A stretch of DNA of 64,000 nucleotides from Promethearchaeota archaeon (lineage in GTDB: Archaea > Asgardarchaeota > Hermodarchaeia > Hermodarchaeales > Hermodarchaeaceae): positions 1 to 64,000 of the forward strand of contig JBHLPH010000005.1 in NCBI GenBank assembly GCA_048939625.1, given 5' to 3'. This document shows positions 28,966 to 38,144 of this stretch, piece after piece. Both the position numbers and the translations under genes were made by a program. The notes beneath the pieces are model-generated. The model had not been told where the DNA came from and made no database searches. It worked only from the letters and a program-made list of their open reading frames with translations. The stretch's first letter is position 1; each line of letters starts with the position of its first letter.

Positions 28966-30378
28966 ATGGCGAAACGTGCAGGACCGATGGACATCTATCC
29001 ACTACTTCCCCAAACCAATTGTGGAGAATGTGGTGAAGCGAATTGCATGGCCTTTGCAACCAAAGCTGCTGAATATACACTTGGTATCAAAGCATGCACC
29101 CCATTGTATCGGGAACGCGAATACGCAGAAAAACGTGACAAACTTGAAGAACTCATGCGACCACCAGTGAAGGAAGTTCAAATTGGATCAGGAGAGAACA
29201 AGGTCCTGATTGGCGGAGAACTTGTTCTTTATCGTCACGACCTGCGTTACATGCATCCGACTGCGTTCTTTGTTGACATAGCAGATACAGCCTCAGCTGA
29301 TGAGATGAAAAAGCGTGTTAAAGCCATTGAAGAATGGACATATTTGTATATAGGAATGAATCTCCGCTTGGATGGAATTGCCCTTCGATCGGTTTCTGGT
29401 GAGCCAAAGAAATTTGCTGAAGCAGCCAAACGTCTTGGTGAACTTACCAACTGGCCAATTATGCTATGTTCATTGAATCCGAAGGTTTTAGCCGCAGGCG
29501 CAGAACCTCTTCAGGGGCGGCATCCACTCTTATACGCAGCCACCAAAGACACGTGGCAGGAACTCGGTGAAATCGCTCTGAAGTATCAATGCCCGTTAGT
29601 CGCCTATGCACCGGGCGAATTATCTGAGCTGAAATCCATCGCTTCAACACTAGCCCAGATGGGCGTTGATGTTGTTCTCGATCCGGGTAATGAATTTGGA
29701 GCGGCATTAGGTGCAACGATTGATGATTTTACAATGCTCCGACGTGCAGCCACTCGTGAAAATGACCAAGGGGTTGGATTTCCGCTACTCGCTTCCCCCA
29801 TCTCGGTTTGGGGCGATTACAAAGAAGGGGAAGCAGAAGAATTGGCAAAATGGCAAGAAACACTTGCTGGAGCCTCGATGATAATCCGATACGCAGATAT
29901 CATAGTGGTGCACAGTCTCGATATGTGGGTCCAATTACCCCTAACATTTCTCCGCACAAACCTGTACACCGATCCAGTGAAGCCCGTTGCTGTTGAACCA
30001 GGACTTCGTGAGTTCGGGAATCCGGATGAAAATTCACCGGTCATGTACACATCCAATTTTGCCCTTACTTATTTCACGGTAGAGAGTGACATCAAACAAG
30101 CGGGGATCGATGCGTATCTCGTCGTGGTTGATACTGAAGGACTTAGCATCCAATCCGCGGTTGCAGGTCGAAAATTAACAGCGGATGTGATAGCTGAAGC
30201 CATCAAAGAATCAGGTGTCGAAAAGAAAGTTAAGCATCGCATCCTGATTAGCCCAGGAATGGCAGCGCGGCTTAGTGGTGAAACCGAAGAAGCCTCTAAA
30301 TGGACAGTCAAGGTAGGTCCGAAGGATTCCAGTGGTATCAGTCAATACATTGGCGAAGAAGTCTGGAAAAAAGAATAA
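28966..30378 (+). CDS. cdhE: Acetyl-CoA decarbonylase/synthase gamma subunit (corrinoid Fe-S protein large subunit)
   Basis: LPQTNCGECGEANCMAFA..C, IGGELVLYRH, LYTDP.KP..V, SPV..TSNFALTYFTV..D, W.V.VGP. Confidence 0.93.
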   Translation: MAKRAGPMDIYPLLPQTNCGECGEANCMAFATKAAEYTLGIKACTPLYREREYAEKRDKLEELMRPPVKEVQIGSGENKVLIGGELVLYRHDLRYMHPTAFFVDIADTASADEMKKRVKAIEEWTYLYIGMNLRLDGIALRSVSGEPKKFAEAAKRLGELTNWPIMLCSLNPKVLAAGAEPLQGRHPLLYAATKDTWQELGEIALKYQCPLVAYAPGELSELKSIASTLAQMGVDVVLDPGNEFGAALGATIDDFTMLRRAATRENDQGVGFPLLASPISVWGDYKEGEAEELAKWQETLAGASMIIRYADIIVVHSLDMWVQLPLTFLRTNLYTDPVKPVAVEPGLREFGNPDENSPVMYTSNFALTYFTVESDIKQAGIDAYLVVVDTEGLSIQSAVAGRKLTADVIAEAIKESGVEKKVKHRILISPGMAARLSGETEEASKWTVKVGPKDSSGISQYIGEEVWKKE

Positions 30379-30495
30379 CACTTCAAAATTCCACATCATT
30401 CTCCTAAATAATAAGGAAGAGTAAAAAGACAACTCTCGCCTCCCTTACAAAAGTAGTCGTGTATAAATATGGGAGTAGCAGAAAAGTGATCAACA

Positions 30496-30656
30496 CTGGA
30501 ACATGTACACCATTTCGAACACCGAAAGAGAGACCCATCTTCATATCGTCGGGTCGCTAGACGTTGGCTTCTCCTTGGAATCATTTTTACAAGATCTATG
30601 ATGGCTGTTGAATTGATTGGTGGAATACTTACTGGAAGTCTCGCGTTGATCGGAGA
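30496..30656 (+). pseudogene. 5' fragment of a cation diffusion facilitator (CzcD/ZitB-like)
   Basis: EHVHHFEHR...RRWLLLGIIF..MMAVELIGGILTGSLALIG matches CDF TM1-TM2; similarity stops at about 30656. Confidence 0.7.
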
Positions 30657-30835
30657 ACAGGAAAGTAGTGGTATTCGAGTCCAGGTTCAATAACAGGTTC
30701 TTCATTGAGCGAGTCTTCCATAGCAGATACCAATATTTTGATTCCTTCTTTGGCAAGGTATTTGAGGTCTTCCCGACTACGTGGAAAACTTGAACCTGCG
30801 AGGATGCCAGGTATCAAGTAGGTGAAAGTAGGCAT
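30629..30835 (-). pseudogene. 5' fragment of a dual-specificity (CDC14/PTP-like) protein phosphatase
   Basis: LAGSSFP...DL.YL..EGI..LVS...GLEYHYFPV, then runs into the antisense of the CDF fragment; no HCxxGxxR motif. Confidence 0.7.
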
Positions 30836-30850
30836 GAAAGATTCATCTGT

Positions 30851-31753
30851 TTAGTTCGTGGTTTTTCGACTTACGAGGAATTCCGAGATTCCGTAACCAT
30901 AACTTGGATCTCCTTTGAGGGTGAATTGGGAGACGATTTCGTAGATGTTGGTTTCATATCCGGGTTTAGCTTGGCGGGGAGGATAGACCATGGTTTGGAG
31001 TTTGGTGGAATCAAGCTGCCATTTTTTCTTTCCCTCATCGGTAAAGAAGACTGTGAACCCTTGGGGAGTTAGACCATTAGACTCGAAGTGATCGGTGAAC
31101 TTGATGTCGGTTAGATGTTGGTTTCCGATAAGACTTGACAAGAATCCTGCAGTTTCGTATTTCTTCCCAATATGTAGTTTGATGAGGTTAATGGTACACC
31201 ATGAAAATTGAGCGGCAATCCAGTTCCATTCATCGATGGCCGCATAATCACGGAGTCCCCAAGAGTGGTCGCGGTGACCGAAGCAACTGAGTTGGTATTC
31301 TTTGCCATTTGCGAGCCGGATGACTCCATCTACAAAACAACCTTGTTCATAATGTTCCTGTTCGATGACCCCTTTTTTAAAGGCCTGCTTTGAATCGTAG
31401 GCAAAGGGATCGAACCGTCCTGTAAATTCAAGATTTGCGACCCGTTTTCCATCATCGAAGGTGATTTTCCAGAGTTCATGAGGTTGAAGCAGTTCGAAGG
31501 CGAGCTTACCATCGCTAAGGACATCGAGTTTTCCGGATATCGGGAGCGTGTTAAGGTAAATATCAGTTTCACCATCTACTAGGAAGGCAACCAGATAGTC
31601 GCGTTTGGGGACATTGGGGTAAGCAGAGATGTAGAAGAAAGCTGCAAGTTTGACTTTTGGATCATAGAGTTGGAAGTAATAGGATTCTTTCCAATCAGGC
31701 GCAGTAGTAGGGTCATGGAACTGTTCGTTTGAGGGTTCTATGTCATAGACCAT
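30851..31753 (-). CDS. AttH/CrtC/tocopherol-cyclase-fold protein
   Basis: WKESYYF, HYEQ, GHRDHSWG.RD, W.W motifs. Confidence 0.65.
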   Translation of the reverse strand: MVYDIEPSNEQFHDPTTAPDWKESYYFQLYDPKVKLAAFFYISAYPNVPKRDYLVAFLVDGETDIYLNTLPISGKLDVLSDGKLAFELLQPHELWKITFDDGKRVANLEFTGRFDPFAYDSKQAFKKGVIEQEHYEQGCFVDGVIRLANGKEYQLSCFGHRDHSWGLRDYAAIDEWNWIAAQFSWCTINLIKLHIGKKYETAGFLSSLIGNQHLTDIKFTDHFESNGLTPQGFTVFFTDEGKKKWQLDSTKLQTMVYPPRQAKPGYETNIYEIVSQFTLKGDPSYGYGISEFLVSRKTTN

Positions 31754-31768
31754 AGTGGGTTGCTCCGA

Positions 31769-32935
31769 TTAGTCGAGGAGTTCGTAGAAGGAGGGATCTT
31801 TATCACATTCGTCTTTACTGCGGAAAAGTCGGGCCCAAGCGGGGTGGCCCATGGAGTTTAGCATGAGTTGAATGTAGTCACCGACAGTGTCTTCATCGAG
31901 ACCCATTGTGATTTTGTCAGTGATGTTTCCCATATCAGTAAAAATGTAGAACCATTTCAGGAATACGGAAGAACCCGCTTTGAGCCGCTTCACATCATCC
32001 CATTCGGCGAATTCAAGATACAGTTCGGTTTGCACATCGGTGGCAAATTTTTCTAAATCGCTGAGAATCGAAAAAGAAGTCGTTTCGATTTTATCTCCAT
32101 AACGGCTAAACAATGCAAATTGGGTAATATGGTCGGAGTAGTCCTCTGGTTTAGGAAATAGAGTAGCAAAGTCTGTGAAAATGAGTTCCTCCATATCCTT
32201 TACAACCAAAGCAACTGATAGATTGGGGATTGGAGATTTAGCTTGTGTGTCGTGCCATTCCCAAATAAGTCGTGAGCCATCGTAGAGGGGGGAAAATTCC
32301 CGAAAAATAAGGTATTCATTGTCTCCAAAAGCATATGGACCCATTTCGTGGATGCTAGCCCGACATTCACAATACGAGAGAAATTCAGCTAAATAGAGCT
32401 GAGCCATTGTTCGTTTCAGCTTCGCTCTTTGATCAGTGTCAATGGGTTGTAGTTCTTGTTTGACCATATCAAGGACATTGTCGGGAAGCACACATGCCGT
32501 ATCTTTGTTTTCCGCGGCAAGAGGTTTGTCACTGTCGTAGTAGCTTGTTGCCATGCGATACCAAAAATCAATCATGAACTTGGCTTGTTTACGCCGTTCA
32601 GGTAATTCGTTTTTAGCTCCGCCAGCATCGAAAAGGTCTTGCATCCGGCCAAGTCCCCAGAGTCCGATAAATGCCCAGACTCCAAGGATATTTGGATAAG
32701 CAGCCAAAGTGCGGCAGCGCTTTCCAATCTCTTCGGGAGAGATATGGTTTGCGAGTTTTTTGAACATATTAAATTGGTAGTCGCGGTAAATCTGGGCACA
32801 TGCTACACTATTATATGCTGTGACTGGAAAAAGTTTGGATTCAAGGGCTGTGCGTTGGGAGAGTAAGTAGGTGCTGGCATCACTTGCCCGGCGGAGGAGT
32901 GTGTTCGCTTCTTGGGTGCTGATATCACCTATCAT
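31769..32935 (-). CDS. Hypothetical soluble protein, candidate substrate-binding subunit of the split dikinase
   Basis: Long ORF co-oriented with the dikinase parts; RTALESKLFPV and CECRASIHEMGPY segments; no family recognised. Confidence 0.6.
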   Translation of the reverse strand: MIGDISTQEANTLLRRASDASTYLLSQRTALESKLFPVTAYNSVACAQIYRDYQFNMFKKLANHISPEEIGKRCRTLAAYPNILGVWAFIGLWGLGRMQDLFDAGGAKNELPERRKQAKFMIDFWYRMATSYYDSDKPLAAENKDTACVLPDNVLDMVKQELQPIDTDQRAKLKRTMAQLYLAEFLSYCECRASIHEMGPYAFGDNEYLIFREFSPLYDGSRLIWEWHDTQAKSPIPNLSVALVVKDMEELIFTDFATLFPKPEDYSDHITQFALFSRYGDKIETTSFSILSDLEKFATDVQTELYLEFAEWDDVKRLKAGSSVFLKWFYIFTDMGNITDKITMGLDEDTVGDYIQLMLNSMGHPAWARLFRSKDECDKDPSFYELLD

Positions 32936-33005
32936 GGCATCTCAACTCATGGAAAATAGGATGCCTGGATGTTGCATTTAAGGATTCTAGTGCGACCAGC
33001 ATTAG

Positions 33006-36000
33006 CTAAAGCCGTTCATCGAGTTCGCGAAGTTGTTCCAGCATTTTCAGGCGGTCCGTAATATCACGGCAAATACCTCGGAATCCAAGAAGTTCGCTAG
33101 ACTCATTGAAAATTGGGCGACCACGGGCTTCAAGAACCACATCGGATTCGTCTCTGTGGACCATCTGGATGACGATTGTACGAATTGGTCGTCGTCTTTC
33201 TTTGAGTTCAGCCCATGTATTTTGTGCTCGTTTCACATCTTCAGGACGTAGGAAGTCGCAGGGGGTTCGTCCAAGCACTTGTCCTGCAGAAAATCCGATG
33301 ATGTCTTCGACAGCATTATTCGTGTAGACGAATTTCCCAGAAATATCCATTTCCCAAACCCAGTCTGAAAGGTCTTCAACAAGCGCTCGGTATCGTTCCT
33401 CTGATTCTTTTAGTGCAGCTTCCGCTTCTTTTCTTTCGGTGATATCTATATAAGCTGCTTGAACAGCTGGTTCGCCTTGGTACTCGATTCGATGAGCAAA
33501 AATTTCCACCCACACAATGGTCCCATCTTTTTTCATCAATCGATACTCGTATTGATTCGGAACGTCTTTGCCCATCAATCTGTTTTCAGCGCGGTTAATT
33601 ACTAACTCACGGTCTGCGGGATGAATTAATTCTTGGATTTTCCTTGGTGTCATTGCAAGGAGTTCCTCGATAGTGTAGCCAAGCATATCTGAGAAGGCTT
33701 CGTTGGCAAAGAAAAAGCGGAGAGGAGGACCCCGGGAGATTAGAATTCCAAAGAGGGATTGTTCTACAAGGGTGCGGTATTTTTCTTCGGATTCTTTGAT
33801 TGCTTGGTCAGCTCGGATGCGTTCTGTCACATCTGTGAGTGTTACCTGGATTGCTGGTTTTCCTTGGTAATCGATTATTTTCACCCAGATTTCTACCCAC
33901 TGAATAGTTCCTTCAATTGACATCACACGTATTTCATATCGATCTTGTACCTTCTTTCCTGCAAAGCGATCCTGCATACGTTGTTGTATCCATGTAACAT
34001 CTTCTGGATGAACACGATCCCAAAACGCGTTGGGTGGCATATCTAAGAGTTCATCTTGGGTGATATCGACCACCTCTTTCATTTGTGGGTTAGCAAACAC
34101 AATATGATCGTCTTGAATGATAAGTATCCCTTGGAGGGATTGATCGACTAAGGCGCGATATTTAGCCTCTGATTCTTTCAATGCAGTTTCGCTATGTTTA
34201 CGATCCGTGATGTCCTCCAGTGTTCCTTCATAACACTCAATTTTACCGCTCTTATCACGAATAGCTCGTGCAGAAAGGTTGACCCAGATTGTTGTTCCAT
34301 CTTCCCGTTTGAATTCAGCTTCGATTCCTGTCACAACATCTTCAAGGGCTACGGCAGCTTCCCAGTGTTTCCGTTCTTCAGGATCAAGATAGAAGCTCGA
34401 GGCCTTTCGTTTTAAAAGTGGTTCTTTGGTATCAAAGCCTAACATTTCAGTTAAGGCGGGATTAGCATCCAGGATGGTGCCATCGGGAGTTGTTCGGAAT
34501 AATCCAACTGGAACGCTATCGAAAAGGTGACGATATCGGGCTTCAGCTTCCTTCCGTTCACTGATGTCTCGAATGACTCCAAGAAACGCGGATGCTTTGC
34601 CTTCTGCATCTTTGAGAAGGGTAGCATTGAGTTCAGCAGGATAAGTGGTTCCATCTTTTCGCAATAAGTGATATTCAAGTGTCCCTGACGTTCCCTCTTC
34701 CAAGGTTTTTTCCATGTTTTTCATGGCGATTGGTATGTCATCTGGAGAAATCAACTCGAAGGCGTTCACACCGATTAAATCGGCTTCTGTTTTAACACCA
34801 TACAATTGGAGCGCCTGTTGATTAACCATTGTGATTTTGCCTTCAAGATTCGTTACCGTGATAGCATCTGGTGATGTTTCAACTAGGGTTCGATATTTTT
34901 CCTCGCTTTCCTTTAAAGCGATTTCAGCTTGTTTTCTTTCAGAAATATCTCTTGCTGCACTTTGTATATGAAGGGGCGTGCCATCAGCATCAGTGACTAA
35001 AGCTGCATTGATTTCAACTGGGAACTCATCACCGGTTTTTTTCCTAAAAACCCTTTCATAAACAGGTACAAGATCGCCGGCAAGTAAAGCGCGTAACACC
35101 CGTTTACTGTCCTCATATTCGCCTTCTGCTACGATATTATTAACTGGCAGTCCAATGAGTTCATCCAAAGTATAGCCAAGCATCTCTGCGGCTCGTTGAT
35201 TAGCTTCAAGAGTCTTCATATCAAGTGAGATGATAAATACTGCATCGTGAGTGTGCTCAAAAAGCGCACGATACCTGCGTTCTCTTTCTTTAAGGGCTTG
35301 TTCGGCTTGAATTCTTTCAGTGATATCCTCGAGAGAGCCTTCATAATATTGAATGGCACCGGATTCGTCTTTCTTAGCTCGGAAACTGTCATGAACCCAG
35401 ATGCGTTTACCATCTAGCCGTTTGAATTGTACATCATGGCCAGTAATGATATCTTCAGTCCCAAGTTTTGCTTCATATTGTACGCGTTCCTGCCGGTCGA
35501 CATAGAAATCAGAGGCGTTCATTTTCAGCAGGGTTTCCTTATCCTTTGCTCCAAGAAGCTCAATAAGGGCGGGATTCGCATCAATGATATCTCCTTCTAT
35601 AGTTGTACGGTAGAGTCCAATGGGAAGTTCATCGAATAGACCTCGATATCGGGCTTCGGATTCTTGGAGTTTGATATCAGCTTCTTGCCGTTCAGTGATG
35701 TCAAGAAAGGTTGCTTGAACAGCTGGCTTTCCATTATATTCGGTAACAGATACAAACATTTCAAGCCAGCGTTCTTCTCCACCCTTTTTGATTGCTTTAA
35801 ACTGATAATGAGAAGGAACAGATTTACCTTTAAGACGATCACGCATTCGACCCCAAACACGAGCTTGATAATCAGGGTGAACTCTGGCTTGAACTTCTTC
35901 TGGGGATAGGGATAGGATTTCATCAATTGTATAGCCACTAATGTCAGCAAAAGCTTGATTTGAAAAGACGACCTGCATGTCTTGAATGATGATGAGCCCT

Positions 36001-36437
36001 TGGAGTGAGTGGTCAACAAGGTCTTGGTAGGCTTGAGCAACCTGTTTTTGATCGGTTATCTCTGACACCATTGCTAGAATCGCTGGTTTTTCATTTATTG
36101 TTATGGCCTTTGGGAGTACCTGCAACCATTGTTCTTCCCCTTTCTTGTCTTTGATGCGAATATCGTAAAATTTGGTCTTGATTTCTCCTCCCTCAACAGA
36201 TTTCAATCTGCGACCCGCTTCTAGTTTATCTGCATCTGCAACAAATTGAAGGAAGTCATCAGATGTCATTTTATGGAGATCTTGAAGGGAGTAATCGATG
36301 AGTTTAGCCAATTCGCTGTTGGCAAATAGGACTTTGTCTTCTTGAAAGACGATTATGCCAATAGGTGATTTTGTGGCTATTTCCTCATAGATTTTTAAAT
36401 TAGAGTTTGTGGTTGAAGAGGGCTCATCCGAGGGCAT
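33006..36437 (-). CDS. Protein of nine tandem PAS/PAC domains with no output domain
   Basis: Nine units of Y..L.E/D...N...DITERK-type; stop follows about 12 aa after the last DITDR. Confidence 0.88.
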   Translation of the reverse strand: MPSDEPSSTTNSNLKIYEEIATKSPIGIIVFQEDKVLFANSELAKLIDYSLQDLHKMTSDDFLQFVADADKLEAGRRLKSVEGGEIKTKFYDIRIKDKKGEEQWLQVLPKAITINEKPAILAMVSEITDQKQVAQAYQDLVDHSLQGLIIIQDMQVVFSNQAFADISGYTIDEILSLSPEEVQARVHPDYQARVWGRMRDRLKGKSVPSHYQFKAIKKGGEERWLEMFVSVTEYNGKPAVQATFLDITERQEADIKLQESEARYRGLFDELPIGLYRTTIEGDIIDANPALIELLGAKDKETLLKMNASDFYVDRQERVQYEAKLGTEDIITGHDVQFKRLDGKRIWVHDSFRAKKDESGAIQYYEGSLEDITERIQAEQALKERERRYRALFEHTHDAVFIISLDMKTLEANQRAAEMLGYTLDELIGLPVNNIVAEGEYEDSKRVLRALLAGDLVPVYERVFRKKTGDEFPVEINAALVTDADGTPLHIQSAARDISERKQAEIALKESEEKYRTLVETSPDAITVTNLEGKITMVNQQALQLYGVKTEADLIGVNAFELISPDDIPIAMKNMEKTLEEGTSGTLEYHLLRKDGTTYPAELNATLLKDAEGKASAFLGVIRDISERKEAEARYRHLFDSVPVGLFRTTPDGTILDANPALTEMLGFDTKEPLLKRKASSFYLDPEERKHWEAAVALEDVVTGIEAEFKREDGTTIWVNLSARAIRDKSGKIECYEGTLEDITDRKHSETALKESEAKYRALVDQSLQGILIIQDDHIVFANPQMKEVVDITQDELLDMPPNAFWDRVHPEDVTWIQQRMQDRFAGKKVQDRYEIRVMSIEGTIQWVEIWVKIIDYQGKPAIQVTLTDVTERIRADQAIKESEEKYRTLVEQSLFGILISRGPPLRFFFANEAFSDMLGYTIEELLAMTPRKIQELIHPADRELVINRAENRLMGKDVPNQYEYRLMKKDGTIVWVEIFAHRIEYQGEPAVQAAYIDITERKEAEAALKESEERYRALVEDLSDWVWEMDISGKFVYTNNAVEDIIGFSAGQVLGRTPCDFLRPEDVKRAQNTWAELKERRRPIRTIVIQMVHRDESDVVLEARGRPIFNESSELLGFRGICRDITDRLKMLEQLRELDERL

Positions 36438-36620
36438 TTACTTTCACCACTTATGAGCTTGGTGTAGAAAGTAGCAAGGTTTCGTAGATCTTTCGTTCCC
36501 CAAGCTTCGCTGAAGCCTGACGATACTCTATTGAAGATGCCATATATCTGCTTCGCTGATGTGAAATGTTGATGATTGATATTGAGATGGACTAAACAAT
36601 AGAAAATCAATTAACTGATG

Positions 36621-37625
36621 TCAAATTGTCGTGATTGGTCGGGTTTGGAGAATCACAAATTGATCCTTCTGAAGTGTCCATTCGATGTCTTGTGGATGTC
36701 CCATATGTTCTTCGATTTGCATACCAAGTCTAGCCAAACTAATAATTTCAGAATCCGTGAGGGAGAAGATTTTACGTTGCTTCTTAGGAGTTTCGATCAA
36801 CATTGTGCCTTGGGGGTGATCTCTAGGGTAGGGAGTACAGAGGAGGGCTTTTTCCCCGAGTTGGCGTTTGAGTATTTTCAAAGGGGTTTTTTGGAGAAGA
36901 AAAGAGTCGGGAATGACTTTTCCAGAAACGATGCTTTCTCCTATTCCCCATGTTGAGTCAATCATAAGTTGTTCGGAGTCATTGGTTGCAACATTTGCAG
37001 TGAACATTACACCAGAAATATCACCGATAATCATTTCTTGGACTATTACAGCCATTTGCATTTGATCGATTTTTATCCCCTTAGCTTGAAGATATAGAAG
37101 TGCCCTAGGAGAGTAAAGAGAGAGCCAAGTCATTTTCACTGCTTTAATAATACTAGGTAAGTCATGTACACAGAGAAAGGAATCAGCTTGGCCTGCGAAG
37201 GAGAAGTGTTCGCTATCTTCTGCGGTTGCTGAAGACCGAATTGCAAACCCAGTTGAGGATGGCTCGTGATGGGTGCGAAGAGAGCTAAATCCTCTACTGA
37301 TTTCCTTTTCAACTGGTTTGGGAATATCGTATTCGCTAGCAATTTTTCTGAAGGTTTCTGCTGAATGTAAAAGTTCTTCGAAGTTATTTTGCTCGAGTTG
37401 CAGCTTCTTATAAGATTCAAGATGTTTGCATTCTGAGATAAATGCGATAAAGCCCTTTATTGGAATTACAAACCCGCGTGGTATTGGAATTCCATTTTGG
37501 TGAAGTCGGGCAAGGTTAGTAGCTTTTCCACCATAAAGAGAAGGTTGATTGCTGGGAAGCTGATGCAAGAAGGAGATCTGGTAGCCAGATTGCTGATTAA
37601 GTTTCTTTGGATGATATTCCACCAA
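36621..37625 (-). CDS. Stand-alone ATP-grasp (nucleotide-binding) domain of the PEP synthase/PPDK family
   Basis: GGKATNL, AIRSSATAED..SFAGQ, MAVIVQEM, SGVMFT, GIGESIVSG, DIEW, LQTRPIT-stop. Confidence 0.88.
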   Translation of the reverse strand: MVEYHPKKLNQQSGYQISFLHQLPSNQPSLYGGKATNLARLHQNGIPIPRGFVIPIKGFIAFISECKHLESYKKLQLEQNNFEELLHSAETFRKIASEYDIPKPVEKEISRGFSSLRTHHEPSSTGFAIRSSATAEDSEHFSFAGQADSFLCVHDLPSIIKAVKMTWLSLYSPRALLYLQAKGIKIDQMQMAVIVQEMIIGDISGVMFTANVATNDSEQLMIDSTWGIGESIVSGKVIPDSFLLQKTPLKILKRQLGEKALLCTPYPRDHPQGTMLIETPKKQRKIFSLTDSEIISLARLGMQIEEHMGHPQDIEWTLQKDQFVILQTRPITTI

Positions 37626-37653
37626 GATACCCTCCTTAAGTAACTAAAATACC

Positions 37654-38049
37654 TCAGGATTCGGTTTCCGTGATTAGTAATAATAATCCAATCGTTCCGT
37701 TACTGGGCTCGATTCGAACCATTTGATTATTCAGATTACCATCAAAATTAATTTTTGTACCCATAAGTGCAGGAATTCCAAATTCCCGTGTCACTATAGC
37801 AAGATGAGATCCCAAAGCCCCTGATGTGCAAATAACTCCTTTTAATCGAGAGAGTACAGGAGCTAATGTGGTTGTTCCCGCATCTTCTACGAGCACAATC
37901 TTATCGCTGGTTACTCCAGAAGATTCCTCAGCTTTGAATTCTTTGAGTAATGAAAGAACATCTTCTATTGAACTAATTACTCGAAGTACGCCTTGAGCTG
38001 ATTTCTGAAGAGTTAAAAGCCCTTCTCCAATTTGCTTCATAGTTACCAC
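37654..38049 (-). CDS. Stand-alone phospho-histidine (PEP-utiliser mobile/swivel) domain
   Basis: GVICTSGALGSHLAIVTREFGIPALMG signature. Confidence 0.88.
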   Translation of the reverse strand: MVTMKQIGEGLLTLQKSAQGVLRVISSIEDVLSLLKEFKAEESSGVTSDKIVLVEDAGTTTLAPVLSRLKGVICTSGALGSHLAIVTREFGIPALMGTKINFDGNLNNQMVRIEPSNGTIGLLLLITETES

Positions 38050-38144
38050 CTAAATTTAAAATCATAAGCAGGTTTTGAAACTAAAAGACTTACTGGTTAG
38101 TTAAGAGTAGTTGGGCTAATCTGATGCCTTCAAGAAAGTAGATT

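Noticed and set aside
36621-38049. Frameshifted ppsA pseudogene
   Set aside because: The His-domain gene precedes the ATP-grasp gene (reverse of the PpsA domain order), each has its own start and stop, and the motifs are intact
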